A stretch of 61,365 nucleotides of DNA from Pseudomonas phage Chuck: sequence record OQ992557.1. One strand, written 5' to 3'. Shown here piece after piece: positions 55,423 to 61,365 of this stretch (position 1 is the stretch's first letter; each line of letters begins with the position of its first letter). A program made the position numbers and the translations under genes. The notes under the pieces were generated by a model. That model saw only the letters and a list, made by a program, of their open reading frames with translations, had not been told where the DNA came from and did not search any database.

Positions 55423-55988
55423 TGTTGGTTCTCCGGTTGCGGTAGGGTACAAAGCTGGACGGCGGACCGCGCCCAAGCCTGAAGGGCGGTCAGTTTCCTG
55501 ATGGCCCGGTCGCCGTCTGCGGCGATTCCCCAGAGAGCTGCTGAAGTCTCTGGCGCAAGTTCGGCTGTTCCGGCTCCATCAGCTCCGCCGGGGGCGGACT
55601 CAGCCGCACCGGATCGGGCCGCACCACAAGAGGAGACTTGGAGGCGCAGCCGCTGATTGCCAGACCGCAAATCAGCAATAGTGCGCTCATCCCGCGCCCG
55701 GGCGTCCGCTTGCTGTTGGGCGAACTCCGCCCGGAGGTCTGCGACACGCTGTTCATGGGCTTTCTCCTGTTCACGGTTCTTGTCGTTGGCCTCAGCCAGG
55801 AGGCGTTCCTGCTCCCGTTCCCGGGCGCGGACCTCCTCCTTGTATTTGTCCATGGCCTCCGCCGCCTCCGCGGTCGCGTCCGCCTTCCCGGAACCATAGC
55901 CGAAGCCGTAGCCCGCGAGGGCGATCAAGGCGACGGCGAGCAGGACGCCCGCCGCGGCCCAGACCTTGGAGGAGGGGAAGCCGAACAC
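55419..55988 (-). CDS. i-spanin (Rz-like)
   Basis: N-terminal TM, long coiled coil, GNQRLRLQVSSCGA resembling lambda Rz GRRRLHIKAVCQS; GTG start coupled to the upstream ORF. Confidence 0.7.
   Translation of the reverse strand: MFGFPSSKVWAAAGVLLAVALIALAGYGFGYGSGKADATAEAAEAMDKYKEEVRAREREQERLLAEANDKNREQEKAHEQRVADLRAEFAQQQADARARDERTIADLRSGNQRLRLQVSSCGAARSGAAESAPGGADGAGTAELAPETSAALWGIAADGDRAIRKLTALQAWARSAVQLCTLPQPENQQ
55493..55690 (-). CDS. o-spanin (Rz1-like lipoprotein) embedded in the +1 frame of Rz
   Basis: MSALLLICGLAISGC lipobox followed by a Pro-rich mature region, entirely inside the Rz gene. Confidence 0.6.
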
Positions 55989-55990
55989 GG

Positions 55991-56161
55991 GTCAGACCCC
56001 GCCCTTGTCCATCCCCTTGATCGGGGCGGTGGGGCCGGACGGAGCCGGAGCGGACTTGCCGCCCATGACCACGTTCTTCGAGTTCTGGCCGTGACGCACG
56101 CCAGACTTCGAGGCATTGACCATCTTCGAGGCGGTTGCCTTGGTGGTGCCGGATTTCGCCA
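55991..56161 (-). CDS. small basic protein (56 aa)
   Basis: ATG with AGGAGA RBS; ends 3 nt before the Rz GTG. Confidence 0.35.
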
Positions 56162-56189
56162 TGATGCTTCTCCTTCGGAGTTGGTTGGG

Positions 56190-56795
56190 TTACTGAGCGG
56201 CCTTCGCCTTCTCGCGGGTGTGGCCCGGGGCGACGGCTTCCACGTCAGCGCGGGTGATGCCGGCGGAGCCATACAGCTTCTCCACGGCGGTCATCGCGGG
56301 CTTTCCGTCCTTGGTCCAGTGGGCGTCGTCCGCCGGGTCCAGGCCCAGGACCGCCTTCTGGAGCTTGGTGTTCAGCTCCACGGTCGGCTCCTTCGCCGGA
56401 TCGGTCAGGACCTCCGGCTGTCCGTCCCCATCGGATACACCCCCGGCTTGCCCGGCTTCGGCCTCGACACCTCCGCCGCTGACAGGTGCCGGGTCACTGG
56501 CTTCAGTCCCGCCCCCGTTGGGCTGAACGTCGCTGTGTACCGGCTGTTGGCCGTCCGGCTGGGAGCCTTCTTGAAGATCACGCTGGCCATCGGGCACCTC
56601 CTTCAGGGCGGGGTGTCCTTCCGGGTAAGCCTGCCAGTTGCGTTCGAGGAAGCGGGCGTGCAGGGCGACCTCCTCCGCCGGAGCGGTGATGGTCAAGCGG
56701 CCCTTGTCGAACGGGTAGGGCTGACTGCCCAAGCGGATCGTGCGGCCCGCCAGGGGTCCGGTCAGGACGAAGGTTGTTTGGACGATAGTGGACAT
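56190..56795 (-). CDS. hypothetical protein (201 aa, acidic Gly/Pro-rich central region)
   Basis: GGAGAA RBS. Confidence 0.55.
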   Translation of the reverse strand: MSTIVQTTFVLTGPLAGRTIRLGSQPYPFDKGRLTITAPAEEVALHARFLERNWQAYPEGHPALKEVPDGQRDLQEGSQPDGQQPVHSDVQPNGGGTEASDPAPVSGGGVEAEAGQAGGVSDGDGQPEVLTDPAKEPTVELNTKLQKAVLGLDPADDAHWTKDGKPAMTAVEKLYGSAGITRADVEAVAPGHTREKAKAAQ

Positions 56796-56819
56796 GTGGA
56801 CGGTTCTCCGGGGTTGGTG

Positions 56820-57398
56820 TTAGACCTGGGCAACGGGGGCCAGGACGTTCGGGATCACGGCGTTGTCCGCCGGGAGCACCACGGTCAGGTCGGCAGCGGC
56901 AACTCCGCCGTCCGTGATCGTGCCCACGAGGGAGGCGATGGAGGCCGAACCGCCCGGGGGGATGATCGACACTTCCAGCTTCTGGTCGCCCAGGGCGTCC
57001 GCAGCCGCGGCGACGGTCAGCGTGTTCGTGGTCGCGTTGTAGGCGGCGTTGGCGATCCCGTCCAGGGCGTTCAGCGCCACCACGAGGGCCGCGGCGATTT
57101 CGTCCACGGTGTTGTCGGTCGCATCGCCCACGACAGCGACGGTGCGCGGTTCGTCTCCGCCGGTGCCGAAGCCTCCGAGGATCGCCACGCGGAAGGTCCA
57201 GCCCTGCCAGTCGGTGCCGGCAACGATTTCGGTGGCGGTTGAGTCGTTCAGCCAGGCCAGGCCGTCGCCCTCGAACTTGGCGGCAGCGGCTTGCTTGGCC
57301 GCGGTCGCGGAGGCGGCGAAGATGACCATGGCGTCAGCGCCTTGGACGATGGTGTGGCCAGATTTCGTCCGGTCCAGGGTCACGAGGTAAGCGGGCAT
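56820..57398 (-). CDS. hypothetical head-associated protein (192 aa, Ala-rich)
   Basis: First gene after the capsid terminator; GGAGAA RBS. Confidence 0.5.
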   Translation of the reverse strand: MPAYLVTLDRTKSGHTIVQGADAMVIFAASATAAKQAAAAKFEGDGLAWLNDSTATEIVAGTDWQGWTFRVAILGGFGTGGDEPRTVAVVGDATDNTVDEIAAALVVALNALDGIANAAYNATTNTLTVAAAADALGDQKLEVSIIPPGGSASIASLVGTITDGGVAAADLTVVLPADNAVIPNVLAPVAQV

Positions 57399-57423
57399 GA
57401 TAAGTTCTCCAATGTGGATTCAA

Positions 57424-57462
57424 ACAAAAGGGCGGACCAGTCTCAGACCGGCCCGCCCTTCG
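57424..57462 (-). terminator. rho-independent terminator after the major capsid gene
   Basis: Minus strand GGGCGGGCCGGTCTGAGACTGGTCCGCCC followed by TTTTGTTTG. A second hairpin GCCCTCC-GG-GGAGGGC lies just upstream. Confidence 0.65.
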
Positions 57463-57503
57463 GGTACTACGGGGCAGAGCCCTCCCCGGAGGGCGGGACT
57501 GCC

Positions 57504-58436
57504 TTAGTTGGTGATGCCGTCAGCGCAGGCCAGGCCCTTCTCGCTGAACAGCGCCAAGCCGCAGTACCACTTGACGCGCCAGATGTGCTCATCGGAGTCC
57601 TCCGACTCGCCCACGTCCACAACCTGGATGCCCGCGGCCTGGGTCGCGGTCAGACCGGCGATGCCGTGGGTGCGCGAACCATCATCCAGCGTACCCGCGA
57701 AGATGGTGGTGCAACCCGTGGTGCCGCCCTTGGTCTGGTTGGTCGGGATGTAGTCGTTGCGGAAGATCGGGGTGCCCGAGTAGGCCGGGACCTCCGCGCC
57801 GCTGGGCAGCTCGACAACCTCGTTGATGGACGCCCCACCCAGGGCGCGGAGCAGCGCCTTGTAGCTGCGCAGGGTACGCGCATGCATGGTGATGTAGTCC
57901 ACCTGACCGTCCTTGTCGGTCACCAGGTCCATCAGTTCGTCCAGGATGGCGAAGCTGATGGCGGAGCCGGTCGCGCCGGTGGTCGCCTTCTGGCCGGAGG
58001 CGCAGAGCTGGATCAGGCCCGCGAACTCGTTGCCCGCGCCGTTGCCGTTGACCAGCTGGTCCTGGTACTTGCGGCCAGCGGACTTCGCCTTGGAGGCGAT
58101 CTGGACAGCGGTCTGGTCGTTGCCGTCGCCGGAGCGGGTAGCCTGGATCAGGCCGTTCACTTCGGCGTCACCCATGATGGTGGTGAGGTTGGAGTTGACC
58201 TTGGTGAAGGTCGCAGCGGCCTTACCAGCGCCAGCGCCGGAGAAGGTCGTGCCGACACCGGCCATGATGACGTCACCAAGGACGTTCTCGCGGTTGTACG
58301 CGAGGCTGTTGCCTTCGATGGAGTCGAAGGGCAGCACGTCGAACATGCGGTTGACGGTGATGATGTTTTCGATCACGCCAGCAACCAGTTCGTCCTGGGC
58401 CAGCTTGGCGCTTTCGGCAAGGGTAACAGAAGCCAT
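57504..58436 (-). CDS. major capsid protein (310 aa)
   Basis: Follows the scaffold gene; AAGGAGGG RBS; size and composition typical of an HK97-fold coat protein. Confidence 0.75.
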   Translation of the reverse strand: MASVTLAESAKLAQDELVAGVIENIITVNRMFDVLPFDSIEGNSLAYNRENVLGDVIMAGVGTTFSGAGAGKAAATFTKVNSNLTTIMGDAEVNGLIQATRSGDGNDQTAVQIASKAKSAGRKYQDQLVNGNGAGNEFAGLIQLCASGQKATTGATGSAISFAILDELMDLVTDKDGQVDYITMHARTLRSYKALLRALGGASINEVVELPSGAEVPAYSGTPIFRNDYIPTNQTKGGTTGCTTIFAGTLDDGSRTHGIAGLTATQAAGIQVVDVGESEDSDEHIWRVKWYCGLALFSEKGLACADGITN

Positions 58437-58567
58437 GATTGGCCCTCCTTCAGAAGTTGATGACTCAAGCGGTTTTCAGCCGTGCCGGATCACCCGGTGT
58501 TCCGTCGCGGCCCGCGGAATCACTCCTGTGGGCCTTCGCCTCTGGCTATACAACCAAAAGTGACGTC

Positions 58568-58573
58568 AGTATA
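58568..58573 (-). promoter_or_regulatory. -10-only promoter candidate for the capsid gene (minus GTACTATACTGACGTCAC)
   Basis: Same ACTATACT...CAC half-element as the conserved promoters, directly downstream of the scaffold terminator. Confidence 0.35.
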
Positions 58574-58574
58574 G

Positions 58575-58615
58575 TACCAAGTTGCGAAAAAGGGAAGCCC
58601 CCTGGCCAAACTTGG
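58575..58615 (-). terminator. rho-independent terminator after the scaffold gene
   Basis: Minus GGGAGGCCCCC-AAGTTTGGCCA-GGGGGCTTCCC followed by TTTTTCGC. Confidence 0.6.
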
Positions 58616-58631
58616 GGGCCTCCCCGATCCG

Positions 58632-59414
58632 TCACGCCCGACCGCGGCCCGCCTTGAACTGACCCTTGGCGAGGCCCTGGGCGATCTTCTCGTTGGCCGT
58701 CAGGACCTTGCCCTGCTGGCGCGGAGGCGTCTGACCACCACGCGGAGGCATGCCGCCGCCCGCCGGGGCTTCCGACTCGAACAAGCGGCCATACTTCTCG
58801 TTGGCCTTCATTTCGCTGACCAGCTCGCGGATGGTCATGGGCTGGCCGGTCACGCCCGAGTAACGCTGGTCACCCTGGGCATCGACCACGAACACCTTGA
58901 ATTCGCCGTCCTGCTCGACCACCTTGACCTGGTTCTTGATGAACGGCAGCAGGAGTTCCGGGACGCCCTTCAGCTCCGCAACGGCGGCAGTGGCGGCGTT
59001 CTCGACCAGGAGCCCATACAGCTGGTTCTGGAGGGCTTCGGCGCGGGCTCCGGCCTTCTTCAGGTCCTTCGCGTGCGCATCGGCCAGCTCCTGGCGAACC
59101 TTGTCCAGGTTCAGCTTGGCTTCGCCGCCCTTGGCCAGTTCATTCTGGAGTTCGGTCAGCTTCGCGCTGATGTTGGCCTTGATTTCCTCCGGCGTCGCAC
59201 CGAAGTCAGCCAGCGGGGTCAGGTCCACGGAGGTCTTGGCCTTCGCCTCCGCACGAGCAGCCTTGAGGGAACGGTTCAGGCCAGTCACGGCCTCCACGAT
59301 CCCCTTGTGGGCTTCGTCCGGGACGAACTTGCCATCATCGCCCTGCTTGTAGATTCCCCGGAACTGTTCCGGGACCTTGTCGATGGAATCGACCGGAGTG
59401 AATTCAAAGTCCAT
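58632..59414 (-). CDS. scaffolding protein (260 aa)
   Basis: Helical, Ala/Lys/Glu-rich, between the morphogenesis and capsid genes. Confidence 0.65.
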   Translation of the reverse strand: MDFEFTPVDSIDKVPEQFRGIYKQGDDGKFVPDEAHKGIVEAVTGLNRSLKAARAEAKAKTSVDLTPLADFGATPEEIKANISAKLTELQNELAKGGEAKLNLDKVRQELADAHAKDLKKAGARAEALQNQLYGLLVENAATAAVAELKGVPELLLPFIKNQVKVVEQDGEFKVFVVDAQGDQRYSGVTGQPMTIRELVSEMKANEKYGRLFESEAPAGGGMPPRGGQTPPRQQGKVLTANEKIAQGLAKGQFKAGRGRA

Positions 59415-59482
59415 AATTGTATCCTCATTGTCGGCGGATCACCCGCCAGTGTTGTGCCTCACGCACGGTTCATATTGTAGCC

Positions 59483-60691
59483 TCAGAACTTTTCAGGGTC
59501 AAGGCCAGCCTTGCGGAAGGCGTCCGGCTTGCGCTCCGCGAGTTGGGACAGGGTCAGCTCGTTGCCGGCCCGATCCACGAATTGGTCCACGTTCAGCCCG
59601 CCTTCCCGGAACAGCTTGGCCTTGGTCTTGCCCAGGACCTCATCCTGGAAGGAGGCGGGCTGGCGCTTCAAGAAGTCCTGATATGTGGTCGCCGCCGGAA
59701 CCCGGCCCACGTTCTCCGCGGCCCAAGCCTTCCTGATGTCCTGGATCGGCTTGCCCTGCTCCTTCGCCATCCGGCGGAAGTCGATTTCACGCTTGGCGCG
59801 GGTCCGGGTGTCCGTCACGGTCGGGCGATTGCCCAGGAGGCCCACGCCGTCGATGTAGGCGACCATCACCGACCGGCAGTTGAAGTGGGCCGGGGGCTTC
59901 GCGTCCTTGGGCTGGAGCAGGGGGATGTCCGCGGGCAGCTCATTGTCGCCCACGGGGCTCCCGTGGCCGTCCCGGGCGCGACAAACAGCCGTGGTCCGAC
60001 CGTCCAACGTGCTCACCCAGACCTTCGCCGTGATGATGTCGCTGTTGGCGTCCCAGACGTAGCCCCGCGCGGTATTGGACACGTGGTTCACCGCGGTTCG
60101 GACGATCCCCTGGGCGTCCCGCCGGGTCATCGACAGGATGCCGTCCGCATAGGCGTTCTTGCGCGTCCCGACCACCCGCCGCACGATGTCGTCAATGGGC
60201 TCCCCGTTCGTCATCCCGAGCTGAAGGGCCGTGGTCAGTCGCTGCTGGTCCACCGCCTCCAGAGTGCTGAACCAGTCCCGGAGGAACCGGCCCTGGAACG
60301 GGCGGGAGGTGGCGATGGCCCGGAGCTGGTCCGCGTTCACCGCCATGAAGCCCACCTCAATCGTGATGGAGGACTGTAGCAGGTCGATTTCGGCCTGGCC
60401 TTCGAGGACGGCGAGCTGCCCGAGTTCGTCCCGCACCAGGGCCTTGTACTCCGCGAGGGCCGCGGCCCGGGCTCCGCGGATGTCCGTGAGCAGGGCCTTC
60501 CAGCGTTCGCCGGTGAAGTCCAGGTCACGGCCCTCGAAGCGGGCGAGCCGGGTGCGCAGGCGTTCGGTCAGGTCGCGGTCCGCCTCCTCCAGGAGCCGGG
60601 CGACCCGCTTGGTGACGCCCGCGGTGTAGCGGCGCAGGTCGATTTGGTGACGCAGCGCGGCGTCCCGGTACTCCTCATTGAATGTGGGCAT
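59483..60691 (-). CDS. head morphogenesis protein (Mu gpF / SPP1 gp7 family)
   Basis: GYVWDANSDIITAKVWVSTLDGRTTAVCRARDG region; follows the portal gene. Confidence 0.8.
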   Translation of the reverse strand: MPTFNEEYRDAALRHQIDLRRYTAGVTKRVARLLEEADRDLTERLRTRLARFEGRDLDFTGERWKALLTDIRGARAAALAEYKALVRDELGQLAVLEGQAEIDLLQSSITIEVGFMAVNADQLRAIATSRPFQGRFLRDWFSTLEAVDQQRLTTALQLGMTNGEPIDDIVRRVVGTRKNAYADGILSMTRRDAQGIVRTAVNHVSNTARGYVWDANSDIITAKVWVSTLDGRTTAVCRARDGHGSPVGDNELPADIPLLQPKDAKPPAHFNCRSVMVAYIDGVGLLGNRPTVTDTRTRAKREIDFRRMAKEQGKPIQDIRKAWAAENVGRVPAATTYQDFLKRQPASFQDEVLGKTKAKLFREGGLNVDQFVDRAGNELTLSQLAERKPDAFRKAGLDPEKF

Positions 60692-60806
60692 CCCGCTTCT
60701 CCATTTCTTTGGGTCCGTTCATGCCGAAGTGGATACAACGCCCGATCAACGGGGCGAGGACGATGCTCAGAAGGAGCCAAAGCCCCAAGAAGTGCCAGAC
60801 GTTCAT
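60689..60806 (-). CDS. possible small hydrophobic protein (about 39-43 aa)
   Basis: ATG overlapping the portal stop (ATGA); stop overlaps the next ATG; MNVWHFLGLWLLLSIVLAPLIG. Confidence 0.25.
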
Positions 60807-61365
60807 GACTCGCCTCCAGGATTTCCACCACCTTCTCCGCCTTCGCCGCCCTCGCCTTTGCCTTCGCCCTCATCCTCCCCACCTTCGGGCGGGTTCTTCT
60901 GGGCCGGGTCCAGGTCCAAGCCAGCGCGGCCCATCGCCTCGCTGATTTCCTCCATCAGCTCCTCCCAGTCCTCATCCTCATCGAAGTCCTCCGGGAGGAC
61001 CCCGCGCAGGCGGAGGCCATTCAGGTAGGTCTTGCGGCTGATGTCGCGCTTCTCGCGTGCGACTTGGAGGGCCTGAAGGCCCGGGGCGTCCATTTCCTCC
61101 AGGTCATAGTCCTTCACCAGCTCCACGGTGCCGCCGTTCGGCCCGAGGCGGAGCCAGTCCGCGGTGATGTCCAGGGCCTGGGCCAGGGCGTCCTCGAACA
61201 GCCCAGTCATCGCGCTCAGATCGCTGGTCGCCTCCGCGCTGTCCAGCGCCCGGGCGGTCGCCGTCTGCCCGCCGGTCTTGCGCTTCAGGAACTCCGCGCC
61301 ATAGCCCGCCATCTGCTCCTCAAGGTCCTTGAGGTCCGTGCGGCCCGCGGCGATGGCTTGGCCGG
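60803..61365 (-). CDS. portal protein, C-terminal about 187 codons (continues from position 1 across the circular junction)
   Basis: Frame open to the window end (...GQAIAAGRTDLKDLEEQMAGYGAEF...) with an acidic Gly/Glu-rich tail. Two leading nucleotides complete the codon begun at position 1. Confidence 0.7.
   Translation of the reverse strand, partial: GQAIAAGRTDLKDLEEQMAGYGAEFLKRKTGGQTATARALDSAEATSDLSAMTGLFEDALAQALDITADWLRLGPNGGTVELVKDYDLEEMDAPGLQALQVAREKRDISRKTYLNGLRLRGVLPEDFDEDEDWEELMEEISEAMGRAGLDLDPAQKNPPEGGEDEGEGKGEGGEGGEGGGNPGGES

Overview
The 61,365-bp window appears to be a complete, circularly closed genome of a GC-rich (about 65%) tailed phage. Every gene I can support is on the minus strand. 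The portal gene is split by the window boundary (N-terminal part at 976 down to 1, C-terminal part at 61365 down to 60803), and the two pieces join in frame with no missing bases.

Layout read along the minus strand:
- Late block, 3108 down to 1, then 61365 down to 38868: terminase small and large subunits, portal, head morphogenesis protein, scaffold, capsid, a spanin/holin-like/endolysin lysis cassette sitting between head and tail genes, head-tail joining genes, major tail protein, G/GT tail chaperones with a -1 frameshift, tape measure protein, and a gene-transfer-agent-like distal tail and fibre module.
- Early/middle block, 38439 down to 3775: SNF2 and Dda-like helicases, T7 gp2.5-like SSB, class II ribonucleotide reductase, UDG-like protein, family A DNA polymerase, primase-helicase, dCMP deaminase, MazG and HD nucleotide hydrolases, many small hypothetical genes, and an ArdB/KlcA-like anti-restriction gene.

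The most interesting content is a roughly 7.6-kb cluster (22.6-30.2 kb) with the hallmarks of a post-replicative thymidine hypermodification pathway. It contains a ThyA-family enzyme with a diverged active site, a small P-loop kinase, two paralogous roughly 300-aa proteins whose context fits aGPT-pyrophosphorylases, a radical SAM enzyme and a fold-type-II PLP enzyme.

Regulatory architecture:
- Eight near-identical sigma70-type promoters (minus-strand TTTACT -35 and TATACT -10) embedded in a conserved 40-bp element.
- A second class of promoter candidates with only the ACTATACT -10 half, placed in front of terS, the capsid gene and the SNF2 helicase gene.
- A reused GC hairpin (GGGAGGGC-N4-GCCCTCCC) in intergenic gaps, plus classical intrinsic terminators after the capsid, scaffold and SSB genes.
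- Two diverged copies of a roughly 250-bp AT-rich island carrying (TA)n, (TTC)n and (TTAACTTAC)2 repeats and clustered CCYAAGCGCA iteron-like motifs. The copies sit exactly at the two early/late boundaries, one of them directly upstream of terS (candidate cos, ori or regulatory switch).

I found no tRNA, rRNA, CRISPR array or transposase. Motif coordinates that I indexed by hand may be off by 1-2 nt.
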